Of a stretch of 64,000 nt of DNA, positions 45,897-55,626 are shown piece after piece. Where the stretch lies: the IMG/VR virus record IMGVR_UViG_2531839524_000004; one strand, 5' to 3'. Numbering within the stretch: position 1 is the first letter of the stretch; each line of letters begins with the position of its first letter. The notes under the pieces are model-generated. The model had not been told where the DNA came from. It did not search any database and was given only the letters and a program-made list of their open reading frames with translations. This DNA comes from a virus. Lineage: Duplodnaviria; Heunggongvirae; Uroviricota; Caudoviricetes. The translations under genes and the position numbers were made by a program.

Positions 45897-46721
45897 ATGC
45901 CCAACCACATTACAAACGAAATCCGAGTCATAGGTGGTACAAATAAACAACGCTTAGATTTCATACGTGCCATAACTAACAAAAAAGGTCTAATTGACTT
46001 TAATACCATTTGCAGACGTCCGAAAAGTATAGAAATGGAAGAAAACAATCATATCAGGCGCATGGCCTCTGCAATGGCGGGCGAAACAGTTTACGACCAC
46101 ATGTTCGGTGAATTAAAGACTCCAGAACAGGTCGAATTAGCTATGCGTGAATCAGGAATGACACGCAAGGAAATTCGCAAAATCAAAGAGCAGGCTCTTA
46201 TGCGGCTTGAGAATTATCGTCGCTATGGCTATTACTCATGGTTTGACTGGTCGCGAGCTAATTGGGGAACAAAATGGAATGCCTACAACATCGAAATGCC
46301 CGTAAAACGTATCCCTACACGTATTAAGTACGGCCATAATTTCCGCCATACACACGTTCGAGCATATGCAAAACGAATCTATAAAAAACGTCTTGCAAGA
46401 CATGCCGCAACTGGTAGTGAGTTGGTGATTCGCTTTGAAACAGCCTGGTCTATGCCAAAACCAATTTATCAAGAGATGGCTAGAAAGTTCCCGCACCTTG
46501 AGTTTGTAATACGTTATGCAGACGAAGACTTCGGCAATAACTGCGGATTCATTTTACTTCGCAACGGCAAATGGGAATATGACTACATTGCACCGGCGAA
46601 TAACAAACAATCGTCAGAAGAAAAAATCAAATGGCGCAAGTTCGCCTTTGAGTTATGTTGTCCTGGTATCACTCCACAAGAATACGGTCTAAATGAAGAA
46701 TACGAATACGCCGGATATTAA
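45897..46721 (+). CDS. Hypothetical protein
   Basis: 274-aa ORF; Trp/Tyr-rich segment 'YSWFDWSRANWGTKWNAYN'; preceded by the AACAATTTGTT motif. Confidence 0.5.
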   Translation: MPNHITNEIRVIGGTNKQRLDFIRAITNKKGLIDFNTICRRPKSIEMEENNHIRRMASAMAGETVYDHMFGELKTPEQVELAMRESGMTRKEIRKIKEQALMRLENYRRYGYYSWFDWSRANWGTKWNAYNIEMPVKRIPTRIKYGHNFRHTHVRAYAKRIYKKRLARHAATGSELVIRFETAWSMPKPIYQEMARKFPHLEFVIRYADEDFGNNCGFILLRNGKWEYDYIAPANNKQSSEEKIKWRKFAFELCCPGITPQEYGLNEEYEYAGY

Positions 46722-46768
46722 AAAAAATTGTCATTTAGCTTTACGCATGAAGCATAGAGGTTAATAAG

Positions 46769-47509
46769 ATGAAAAGAAAAATTGAAGAACCAAAAACGAC
46801 CCTTAATAAACATGGGGAAAAAATTCAAACACATCCAGCGTTCGGTCTTGTGAAAACAAGCCGTGTTAGCACAACTGGCATTCGCCTATTTGATTCAGAA
46901 CTGGAACATAGAGACTATATTGAAATAGGCGTTTACGAGGCGGAACTGTCCTTAGACAATGAACGAACCCGCCCACAAAGAAGTTGCAATAGACGGCCTT
47001 TAGTTGAAATTAGACTTAGCCAGGCACAATGGGCTGCTATGGTTAGCAGTTTTGGAGTGGGCGAAGGTGTGCCATGCACTATTTCATATAAAACCATTGG
47101 AGACTCAATTAGAGTTCATGATATTGCCGAGCAAAAAAGTATTCGGCAAAAATTCAACGATCAAATAAAGGCCGCTACGAATAGTGAGATTGATCGACTT
47201 AATCAGCAAGTTTCAGAGCTAGGTGAACTTGTGAAAAAAGGAAGAGCTGGAAAACGTGACCTTGAAGAACTATATAGAAAACTAGCATCTGCTGTAGCTA
47301 ACCTTCCTGAAAATCTGTGCTTTGCTACCGAATTAATGCAGGAACAAATGGATGAAATTGTCTCATCTGGAAAGGCGGAGATTGAGGCGTATGTTGCGGG
47401 CACGGTTATGCGTAAAGGGTTAGCAGCATTAGGCACAGAATCATGCATTAACGATGATCCTACTGTCTCTATCACCAAAATGGAAAGCGGTAAAGAATTA
47501 CTGCCATAA
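46769..47509 (+). CDS. Hypothetical protein
   Basis: 246-aa ORF; no motif recognised. Confidence 0.5.
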   Translation: MKRKIEEPKTTLNKHGEKIQTHPAFGLVKTSRVSTTGIRLFDSELEHRDYIEIGVYEAELSLDNERTRPQRSCNRRPLVEIRLSQAQWAAMVSSFGVGEGVPCTISYKTIGDSIRVHDIAEQKSIRQKFNDQIKAATNSEIDRLNQQVSELGELVKKGRAGKRDLEELYRKLASAVANLPENLCFATELMQEQMDEIVSSGKAEIEAYVAGTVMRKGLAALGTESCINDDPTVSITKMESGKELLP

Positions 47510-47529
47510 ATGCATCTGAGGTACTGACA

Positions 47530-47919
47530 ATGTTTTTAATTCAACCTGGGTTCGGTTTAAAGATAAAAAAAGGGCATATGTTTGGTGAGCGAGATTCCAA
47601 ACGAAAAATTCTGTCTATTCGATTACCATTTATCACCATTCATTGGTTAAACAGAGAGTCAACCGATTATTGGTATAAATGCGCAAGAGCAGCATTTAAC
47701 GACCCTGACTGGTTTGTAGAAAATCACCACGCGGTTCGTCAGGCAAAAAGAAAGGCTAATACGACATATATGAAGGCATATCAGGATGCCTGGGAAGAAC
47801 ATCGTGGCCGATACCAAAAAAACATTGAAAAACTTGAATCAGAAAATATGGACCTAAGAAGAAAACTCGGTGAAGCACGTCGAGACATCGAAGCATATAA
47901 ACGTCTTGTATCGGAGTGA
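47530..47919 (+). CDS. Hypothetical protein
   Basis: 129-aa ORF with basic/coiled-coil C-terminus. Confidence 0.4.
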   Translation: MFLIQPGFGLKIKKGHMFGERDSKRKILSIRLPFITIHWLNRESTDYWYKCARAAFNDPDWFVENHHAVRQAKRKANTTYMKAYQDAWEEHRGRYQKNIEKLESENMDLRRKLGEARRDIEAYKRLVSE

Positions 47920-47980
47920 ATATATCTTTGCTTTATTTTTTCAAAGGTGATTATTTTCCTATTTATAAGGAGAAGTAAAC

Positions 47981-48406
47981 ATGGCAGCAATTAAGAAACT
48001 CTACGATGCCGCAAACGCGGCTCTGGATGTTATTGATGATGAAGTATCAAAAGGCTTTCCTGAACCTGATTGGGCGCATCAGCTACGAAACGCTATCGCA
48101 GAAATGACCCCATCAGATCCAACCCCCGACGAGACAAACTGGCAGCGATTCATCCGTATGTACGCTCAGGAAATAGGTCCAACGCCAACGGCAGAGCAGG
48201 CAATGCTGCTGAAATACTTCAAAGAGGCGGGAGAGGATTTACCAATTGATGACTCAGCATATTGGTTCCACTGCGCATGGCGTAAGTATGACGTGATATT
48301 CACACAAGGCATGGGAAGCAAAGATATGGTTGTGTGGCATCTACTCCATATAGACACAGCCGTTGACAGAGTTATTGAACAGTTTTTCCCTAACCAAGAA
48401 GATTGA
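47981..48406 (+). CDS. Hypothetical protein
   Basis: 141-aa ORF. Confidence 0.45.
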   Translation: MAAIKKLYDAANAALDVIDDEVSKGFPEPDWAHQLRNAIAEMTPSDPTPDETNWQRFIRMYAQEIGPTPTAEQAMLLKYFKEAGEDLPIDDSAYWFHCAWRKYDVIFTQGMGSKDMVVWHLLHIDTAVDRVIEQFFPNQED

Positions 48407-48461
48407 TCGCCTATTCATAACTAACAAAATAAGTAAACACTAACCACAAAAGGAAAAACAC

Positions 48462-48737
48462 ATGAGAGTTTTAGTTCGAATCGTTACCAGCACTGTCTAT
48501 GACGTGTTTCCGCTTTTTATGGTCAAAGTCGATGGCCTTAACGATGAAGAAACTGACGCGCTGATCCAGCGTATTCTCGTTGAATATACAGGTCATGACG
48601 CTGATTCAGTGATGGTTGATGATGATGGTGTTTGTTGGCATAACGGCAACTGTTGGTACGTAGAAGAGACTCAACAAATCAGTGATGAAGATGCCGCACA
48701 TCTTGAGCGTATTTTAAGCATCAGCACTTTTGAGTGA
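48462..48737 (+). CDS. Hypothetical protein
   Basis: 91-aa acidic ORF preceded by the AAAGGAAAAACACATG initiation context. Confidence 0.4.
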   Translation: MRVLVRIVTSTVYDVFPLFMVKVDGLNDEETDALIQRILVEYTGHDADSVMVDDDGVCWHNGNCWYVEETQQISDEDAAHLERILSISTFE

Positions 48738-48777
48738 GTTTACAGTAAAATTTATATAAGTTAGTATCTACCTATCA

Positions 48778-48957
48778 TGAAGATTTTTATTGAATACTTG
48801 TTACTCATCGTTTCAATAGCTTTTGTCATCGACTGCATTTTCACCGGTGTCATTCGTAAAGTCTTTTCCCCGGTGAACGACGTAGTCATAAACGCTTTGG
48901 CTATCGTGCTCGTATTTAATTCAGCATTTGATCTAATCAAAGAGGTGGCAGCATGAA
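48778..48957 (+). CDS. Small membrane protein (59 aa; below the ORF-track cut-off)
   Basis: 'MKIFIEYLLLIVSIAFVIDCIFTGVI...' read directly from the sequence; overlaps the start of the next ORF. Confidence 0.3.
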
Positions 48958-49288
48958 GGCCATCCCATTCGCGCTGTTGTTCCTTTCTTCGATCGTTGTG
49001 GCCGACACCACTGTTTATCAGTGTGAAATGTCTGTAGCCGACGTTAAGAATGGCGCTCTTACCGACGTCATAAAAGCACCATATGGAGCGATGGTCGTAG
49101 ACAGCGGCGACCAGTTCTATGTTGTGCGTGACGATCGAGTGTTGTCATCCCCATATCTCACAAATCGTAATGGCAAATTAACCGGCGTCGGAGAAGACCA
49201 CTTCGTATACAACAAATACAAGGGCTTCTATGGCGTTCACGCTTCTCAGCAAAGCTACCTTTTCGATGACTGCAAGGAGGTTGGGTAA
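48953..49288 (+). CDS. Small secreted protein
   Basis: Signal peptide 'MKAIPFALLFLSSIVVA'; 111 aa. Confidence 0.45.
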   Translation: MKAIPFALLFLSSIVVADTTVYQCEMSVADVKNGALTDVIKAPYGAMVVDSGDQFYVVRDDRVLSSPYLTNRNGKLTGVGEDHFVYNKYKGFYGVHASQQSYLFDDCKEVG

Positions 49289-49500
49289 TGGCATTAACAC
49301 TGGCAGGTCTGGAAATCGAGAAAACAAGCGGCTACTGGCGTGCTAAGGGTTTCAAGCAGCCTGGCATTCTTGAGCGTCTGGAACGTGAAGATGGGTATAT
49401 CGTCCACCAGCGGCGTGAATGGCGTATGTACGATCCAGAAACAGGAAAACTGACTACAAAAGCCGGAACACTTTGGGGTCTGTTGAAGAAAATACACTAA
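49288..49500 (+). CDS. Hypothetical small protein
   Basis: 70-aa ORF overlapping the previous stop. Confidence 0.35.
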   Translation: MALTLAGLEIEKTSGYWRAKGFKQPGILERLEREDGYIVHQRREWRMYDPETGKLTTKAGTLWGLLKKIH

Positions 49501-49546
49501 ATGCAAACTGACTGCGGCTCGTTCCGCAGTCATATTTCATAGTCGT

Positions 49547-50081
49547 CACCGCTGACAGCATACACAATCAACTACCGCTGATAGCATATCGAGAGTCTAT
49601 CTCACCGCTCACAGCATACTTTACTCGATTTTTTACCGCTGACAGCATACTTAAGAAATTGCATGAATAATGTGTCCCAGTATGGGTATAACCAGAACAA
49701 AATTACCGCTGGCAGCATACGAATGTCTGACATATACCATTAATTACCGCTGATAGCATATCCAAACAAAAATTCCTCAATAAAACACCGCTGACAGCAT
49801 ACGTTCTATCAGGGAGTAGCAGGCAATAAATGCCTTTCACTACAAGCAATCAGCGCAATAGCAATAGAATGTTAGTGAGCGCAAACCTATATGGAATGCA
49901 CTCTTCGAGGTTAGTAACCACTGGGGAGGTATGACAGAGCATTGAGTGGTGATAGATGATTTACCGCTCACAGCATACGTTCATCTCACTATACCGCTGG
50001 TAGCATATCTTTAACCGTTCACAGCATACTTTTCAGAAAAATAGCCGCTGATAGCATACATTTCACCGCTGACAGCATATC
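49547..50081. repeat. Array of 12 iterons (17-19 bp, consensus (T/C)ACCGCTGACAGCATAC) downstream of repA
   Basis: Copies start near 49547, 49573, 49603, 49634, 49704, 49745, 49786, 49961, 49992, 50013, 50043, 50064; spacing is irregular and copies carry point variants. Confidence 0.85.
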
Positions 50082-51294
50082 AAAGCAGTTTGAGACTATT
50101 GGAAAGGATCTCAATCATCTTGATATTTTCAGGCGTCAAATTCTGCGAAAGTTCGGTTATCTTGTTGATAATGTTCTGTTTGGCATCAATTTCCCCAGCT
50201 TTCTCATCTGGTTTTTTGGGTTCGATGTCTTCAGGTTTTGGCGGTGCGACTTTGAGTTTTGGATTGCGGCTGTGAATCTGGATATAGATCGACCGCCCAC
50301 GCTTAATCTCGCTGTATTCGAGATAGCCCAAATCTTGGAGAGCTTTTAAGCCGTTACGTATAGTCTGATTCTGCGAGCTGACATTCCTGCTACTCAAATT
50401 GAGTCGCGCACGCAATCGAGCAAGCGATACCGGCGCAGGCTTGGTTGGAAGACTTTCGATGAAGGTGTACAGAGCCTGTGCTGTTTCTTTGCGTGGTAGC
50501 TTATTGATAACCTTTAACTGCAAAAGAACCTTATGGTCAAAGCGATATAGTTCGGCCAGCTTCGGTTCTGCATAGAACACCACCGTATCTTTCTGCTCGT
50601 TGTAGTCCACGCTATTGATGAGGTGCACCATCAGAAGCGAGATCTTGTTAGAGCCGTCGACGTTCTTTTCTTCATACGTTCTCTGGAAAGACAGAGTTGT
50701 ACGCATGATCTTCAAAAGACTGTTTGTAAGCCGGTCGCGGAGTGTTTTGCGGATCTGTGACGATGGATAGCCACAAAACTTAGCAAATTTCGTGATGCTT
50801 AACTCGACACGACCGTTAGGTTCGCCGTATTCTGCCAGCGAACGCACAACGCCCACCCACGTTTTGAAATCATGATCCATGTCGAGACGAGGACCGGTTA
50901 TCTTGATATCGGAATAGCCTTCAGAACGGGCTACTTCGAGCTGGACAAGCTCCTTTGAAGCATCGATCTCATTTGGCTTGTTACGTTTACTGTATTTTGT
51001 TCCCTTAAGCGTGGGGACGAACAACCCCAGTCGCATCAACGCAATTGGTTGGACTGTATTGTTGCTATTAGGGACAAGTTCCCCTGTGTACAATTCAAGG
51101 GAACCTTCTTCAAAGTTGTCGATGTTATCTTCTACTTCTTTGTTATTTTTACCTTTTTTATTTTTTGTGGACATGTGGACACCTTTGTCATTCAACCGCT
51201 GACAGCATACTTGATTTGCCGCTGACAGAATACCAAAAACAGTTGGCAGCATACGGTGAACCGCTGACAGACTATCAATTACCGCTGACAGCAT
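50080..51294 (-). CDS. repA: Replication initiator protein (iteron-binding RepA-type)
   Basis: 404-aa protein whose gene is bracketed by iterons on both sides, overlapping its start and stop; a P1 RepA-like arrangement. Confidence 0.7.
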   Translation of the reverse strand: MLSAVIDSLSAVHRMLPTVFGILSAANQVCCQRLNDKGVHMSTKNKKGKNNKEVEDNIDNFEEGSLELYTGELVPNSNNTVQPIALMRLGLFVPTLKGTKYSKRNKPNEIDASKELVQLEVARSEGYSDIKITGPRLDMDHDFKTWVGVVRSLAEYGEPNGRVELSITKFAKFCGYPSSQIRKTLRDRLTNSLLKIMRTTLSFQRTYEEKNVDGSNKISLLMVHLINSVDYNEQKDTVVFYAEPKLAELYRFDHKVLLQLKVINKLPRKETAQALYTFIESLPTKPAPVSLARLRARLNLSSRNVSSQNQTIRNGLKALQDLGYLEYSEIKRGRSIYIQIHSRNPKLKVAPPKPEDIEPKKPDEKAGEIDAKQNIINKITELSQNLTPENIKMIEILSNSLKLL

Positions 51295-51296
51295 AC
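51194..51296. repeat. Four to five iterons upstream of and overlapping the repA start
   Basis: 'AACCGCTGACAGCATAC' (51194), 'GCCGCTGACAGAATACC' (51218), partial 'TTGGCAGCATAC' (51243), 'AACCGCTGACAGACTATC' (51259), 'TACCGCTGACAGCATAC' (51280). Confidence 0.8.
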
Positions 51297-51299
51297 ATG

Positions 51300-51420
51300 A
51301 ACATGACTTCAGACCAGGCGTGGCGCGGCTTACAGCGATCGGGGATCTTATTTGATCTATATAAGGATCTATCTATGGATCTCTTTATTAGGATCTATCC
51401 TGTGGATATGTGAATAATTA
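51300..51420. promoter_or_regulatory. Putative replication origin core: GATC-rich AT-rich segment with a DnaA-box-like sequence
   Basis: Six GATC sites within ~60 bp (five as (A/G)GGATCT) and 'TGTGGATAT' at 51401-51409 (8/9 match to the DnaA-box complement), adjacent to the upstream iterons. Confidence 0.5.
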
Positions 51421-51495
51421 AAACAGGCATTTACTACCTTCGGCGCACCTGGTGGGTTATCGTTGCCTCGGCTAACAATCACAGAAAAATGACAT

Positions 51496-52140
51496 ATGGA
51501 TCTAAAACGCACGCGCTGGGTTCGTCGTCTTGAAGACGGCTCCTACACTATCGAATCAAATTCCAACCTGAATAAGCAGAAGTTGCTTTGTGACATCTGC
51601 GGTATAGCGGCGAAGTGCCCGATCTACGAAACCAGAATTAAACTTGATAAGGCTGGTGTGAATTTTCATTTAAACAGTTGCATCAGGTACGTTCCATTAC
51701 TCGCATTTCGTAAACCGATCATCGGATTGGATGCTCCCTACTTCAACACACTCCGTTCAGGTGTGACGTGGCGAGATCGTTTATCACCAGACAAGCTGAT
51801 TTGCCTCGTATCCGCAGACACAGGGAAAATCATCCGTTTTGGGAAAGTAGACAAGGTTTACTCAGGCCCAGTAGACGAAATGTTGCGGAAACACAGCCGG
51901 TTTAATCATCTCTGTATGGGTGGTGAGAAAATCGAGAAGGTAGAAGAAGTGATCCGCAAATCCTACGGACACTTTCTGACCAAAGATAGCCTGCTCACCG
52001 CAATCTACATCAGACATGTAAAACGTGAGTTCGACCTCGAATACCACAGCGAAGAAGAGCTTAACCTTGTTGACCCACGTCCAAAAGCTGGCGTCATAAG
52101 CATAAACGCAGCGCGTAAAAAGCCCACTGACGCGCTGTAA
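51496..52140 (+). CDS. Hypothetical protein
   Basis: 214-aa ORF adjacent to the replicon; no motif recognised. Confidence 0.5.
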   Translation: MDLKRTRWVRRLEDGSYTIESNSNLNKQKLLCDICGIAAKCPIYETRIKLDKAGVNFHLNSCIRYVPLLAFRKPIIGLDAPYFNTLRSGVTWRDRLSPDKLICLVSADTGKIIRFGKVDKVYSGPVDEMLRKHSRFNHLCMGGEKIEKVEEVIRKSYGHFLTKDSLLTAIYIRHVKREFDLEYHSEEELNLVDPRPKAGVISINAARKKPTDAL

Positions 52141-52394
52141 CCCTCCAGATCGTATATTGGCGTAGATAGAATCTACGCCTCCTCAAAATAGCTCTCATAG
52201 CGTTCTACAGTGATTCTGTCTTATTTTTAGTCATATAGACAAGCAAACTTGCGCCACAATAAATAGGTATATACTTACTTATAAATTTTGTATATTAAGG
52301 CGCTCGTTTCATTCCTAACATACCGTTATGCATAGTTGTTTACCTCATCATTGCTCTTAGAATTTGTATCAAAATAACCACAAAGGAAAAATAC

Positions 52395-53480
52395 ATGACT
52401 TTGCCATACGGCGTCATTTCTGACTGCCACTACCACAAATGGGATGCGTTCTCCACGACGAACGCTGAGGGGCTTAACTCCAGACTTGAAATACAGTTGG
52501 AAGCAACGAAAGAAGCAGCCATCGCCATGAAGAAGGCCGGTTGTAAGTACATGTTGGTTGCCGGTGATACATTTCACGTCCGAGGAACTGTGTCCCCTTC
52601 TGTTTTGCATTACGTAACTGAAACGTACAAGTGGATTATCAACGAGCTTGATCTGATAGTAGTAATGCTGGCCGGTAATCACGATCTTGAAACCAACGAT
52701 TCAGTATATAGCGCCAACGCAGCAGCATCGCTGAGTTCTATCGGCGTGGTAATCGTATGTGGCAAGCGCCCACACTCAATAAAAATTGGTGATGTGACTG
52801 TCCACCTGATTAGCTGGCGTAACAATCATGCGGAGCTTATCAGCGATCTGAAAGCATTACGTAAGAGCGTAGAAGGTGATAATCATGACGTTGTTATCCA
52901 TACATCCATTAACAAAGCCATTCCAACAATGCCTGACGTCGGTATCGATGCGCAGGAGTTAAAGGATATCGGCTTTCGTCTCGTGCTTAGTGGGCATTAC
53001 CACAACCACAAAGAGGTCATTCCTGGAGTTATCAGTGTCGGTGCGCTGACCCATCAAAATTGGGGAGATGTTGGATCTCTGGCTGGTTACATGATCGTAA
53101 ACCCGGACGGCAGTTTCAGTCACTACGAAACCAGTGCGCCTAAATTCATTAACCTGGAAGATTATGTTGCCGATGACCAAATTCGCGGCAACTACGTGCG
53201 TTTCCGCGCCGTAATCGAGAACGATGAAGAAGGCATTAAGTACCAGAACATCCTTAAAACAATGGGTGCAAAAGGTGTTGTGTGCAACTTCATCCGTAAG
53301 TCATCAATGATGGAAGGGACAGCAAGCACAACGGAAACCAGCAAAATCGATAGCCTGGGAGAGTCGGTATCTGCTTATTGCAAGATTGTCCACGATACTG
53401 ACGGCGGATTTGATCTGAGCAAGTTGGATATTTTGTGTCAGGAAATCCTCACCGAAGCGGAGAGTTCGGAGGCTGTGTGA
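52395..53480 (+). CDS. sbcD: SbcD/Mre11-family nuclease
   Basis: Calcineurin-like phosphoesterase motifs 'VAGDTFH', 'LAGNHDLE', 'LSGHYHNH'. Confidence 0.8.
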   Translation: MTLPYGVISDCHYHKWDAFSTTNAEGLNSRLEIQLEATKEAAIAMKKAGCKYMLVAGDTFHVRGTVSPSVLHYVTETYKWIINELDLIVVMLAGNHDLETNDSVYSANAAASLSSIGVVIVCGKRPHSIKIGDVTVHLISWRNNHAELISDLKALRKSVEGDNHDVVIHTSINKAIPTMPDVGIDAQELKDIGFRLVLSGHYHNHKEVIPGVISVGALTHQNWGDVGSLAGYMIVNPDGSFSHYETSAPKFINLEDYVADDQIRGNYVRFRAVIENDEEGIKYQNILKTMGAKGVVCNFIRKSSMMEGTASTTETSKIDSLGESVSAYCKIVHDTDGGFDLSKLDILCQEILTEAESSEAV

Positions 53481-53518
53481 GGCAAAGTCGTTATGGGAGC
53501 TTTCGAGACTTTGCCATC

Positions 53519-53713
53519 ACGATGAAAAGACTTGAACGAGGCCAGACGGTGATGTTTCACAAGCCCTACCCGCCACAAGGAAATCCCGTAGCGTTTTATC
53601 TTGGAAGGTTAACCAGAAAAGGCGTATTGAGGCGCAGATCCTTCCCGGCGCATACGGAGTTCAGATTGAAAGAAGGTCAAAAGCTAACACACGGTATCAA
53701 AGGTGTTATATGA
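53519..53713 (+). CDS. Hypothetical small protein between sbcD and sbcC
   Basis: ORF track gives 53435-53713; the in-frame ATG at 53519 clear of sbcD is a likelier start; basic 64-aa product. Confidence 0.3.
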   Translation, partial: TMKRLERGQTVMFHKPYPPQGNPVAFYLGRLTRKGVLRRRSFPAHTEFRLKEGQKLTHGIKGVI

Positions 53714-55626
53714 AGTTTTTAAAGCTCCAGGTTGAGAATTTTATGGCTATCGCCAGCGCGGAGGTCGAGTTAGATCAGCGTGGTTTAGTGCTCATTCAGG
53801 GTGTTAATAGTGATGATAGTTCCGCATCAAGTAATGGCTCTGGAAAGTCAACTCTAATGAATAGCCTGATGTGGTGTCTTTATGGCGAAACAGCTCATGG
53901 TGTGAAGGGGGACGATGTGTTGTCTACCGACCATGAAAAGAACTGTCGTGTTGCAGTAACCATCGAGGATGAAGGCAAGAGATATGCGATCATTCGTCAC
54001 CGTAAACACAAAGAGTTCAAAAATCGTCTTATCGTTCGTGGTGAAGACGGCGATATGACGAAAGGCAAAGATGCGCTGACGCAAGAGTTCGTCGAGCGTC
54101 TGATCGGTGCATCTAAAGAGGTTTTCATGGCTTCCATCTATGCGAGCCAAGAAGCTATGCCAGATTTACCTGGAATGTCCGACAAAAACCTCAAAACCAT
54201 CGTAGAAGAAGCCGCTGGCGTTGACAGACTGACACGCGCCTACGCTATTGCTCGTGAGCGAGCTAATGCAGCTGCCGCACGTATGGATGTGGTTAAAACC
54301 AAATTGGAGTCGACAATCTCGACCATTGAGGCAACACAGTCAGAAATTGAGTCAGCGAAAGCCTCCTCTGAATCATGGGAGCAAGAGCGTTCTAAACGTT
54401 ATGACGATGCCCTGGCTGGGCTGGCCAGTGCCGAAGTTGAGTTAACGGAAGTTGAACTTGAGATCCGCACTCTTCCCGAACAGATCCGTGATACCGAGAA
54501 GGCAATCGAAAGTGAGCGCAAAAAGTTAGCCTCAAAAGAAGAACATGACGCCAAGTTGCTCAAAGTTCGTGGTGCGATAACTGATATTCGGGCAAGCATC
54601 AAAGCTACAGAAAATAGTCAGGCTGATGCAATGAACCGCGCGCGTAATTTTAAGACCAAAGCAGAAGAGGTTGGTACTAAAGTGGGATCACCATGCCCTA
54701 CTTGTGGCAAAGCCTACTGCGAAGAAGATCTATCAACGGTGAAGGAGAATTTCATTGAACAAGCACGTCAGGAAATTGGTCAGGCGAAGACACTTGCAGA
54801 GGCAATGGCTAAACACAAAACGAATCTTGAGAAAGCGTTAAGCATTGAGTCTGCCCTTGTTAAAACGACACCTGATGTAACGGCTATCATTGCCCGGATT
54901 GAAGAGCTTACGAAACAACTCTCATCTTTGCGTCATCGTGAGAAGGAGGTTGTTGCTATTGAGTCTCTTGTGACTCGTGCTCGTACTGAGGTCGATCGTA
55001 TATCAAAAGAGATTAATCCGTTTATTGCTCTTATCGCCAGACACGAAGATAACCTGGTATCCAGTAAGTCTACCTTCAAGTCCTTAAAAGATGAGTTGAA
55101 GGCTATTCAGGAACAAACGTTGCTATTGGAAAAAGCTCGTCAGGTCTACTCTCCTGCCGGGGTGCGTTCTCATATTTTGACGTCTGTTACGCCTTTCCTG
55201 AATACACGCACTGCCGAGTATCTCAATACGTTGTCTGACGGGAATATTACTGCTGAGTGGTCGACGATGGATGTCACTAAAAAAGGTGAGTATCGCGACA
55301 AATTCAACATTAGTGTGCAGAAGAAAGGTTCAAGTAAGTCGTTCCAGACCCTCTCTGGTGGTGAGAAGCGGAAGGTTCGCATTGCGTGTTCTTTGGCATT
55401 GCAGGATCTGGTTAGTAACCGGGCGAGTAAAAACATCGATTTGTTTATCGGCGACGAAATTGACGATGCACTCGATACAGCCGGTCTTGAACGCCTCATG
55501 GGTATTCTGGAGTCCAAAGCTCGCGAGCGAGGTACTGTGCTGATTATCTCCCATAAAGAGATGAAGTCATGGTTCCGGGAAACTATTACGCTGGAAGTTA
55601 AAGAGGGGCGCAGCTATGTCGTTTAA
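53710..55626 (+). CDS. sbcC: SbcC/Rad50-family ATPase
   Basis: Walker A 'SSNGSGKST', central zinc-hook-like 'CPTCG' within a coiled coil, signature 'LSGGEKRK', Walker B 'LFIGDEIDDALD'. Confidence 0.85.
   Translation: MKFLKLQVENFMAIASAEVELDQRGLVLIQGVNSDDSSASSNGSGKSTLMNSLMWCLYGETAHGVKGDDVLSTDHEKNCRVAVTIEDEGKRYAIIRHRKHKEFKNRLIVRGEDGDMTKGKDALTQEFVERLIGASKEVFMASIYASQEAMPDLPGMSDKNLKTIVEEAAGVDRLTRAYAIARERANAAAARMDVVKTKLESTISTIEATQSEIESAKASSESWEQERSKRYDDALAGLASAEVELTEVELEIRTLPEQIRDTEKAIESERKKLASKEEHDAKLLKVRGAITDIRASIKATENSQADAMNRARNFKTKAEEVGTKVGSPCPTCGKAYCEEDLSTVKENFIEQARQEIGQAKTLAEAMAKHKTNLEKALSIESALVKTTPDVTAIIARIEELTKQLSSLRHREKEVVAIESLVTRARTEVDRISKEINPFIALIARHEDNLVSSKSTFKSLKDELKAIQEQTLLLEKARQVYSPAGVRSHILTSVTPFLNTRTAEYLNTLSDGNITAEWSTMDVTKKGEYRDKFNISVQKKGSSKSFQTLSGGEKRKVRIACSLALQDLVSNRASKNIDLFIGDEIDDALDTAGLERLMGILESKARERGTVLIISHKEMKSWFRETITLEVKEGRSYVV

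Noticed and set aside
49547-50081. Repeat array that at first glance could be a CRISPR array
   Set aside because: Repeats are only 17-19 bp, vary at several positions, have irregular spacing, and bracket a repA-type gene on both sides; this is an iteron replicon, not CRISPR.
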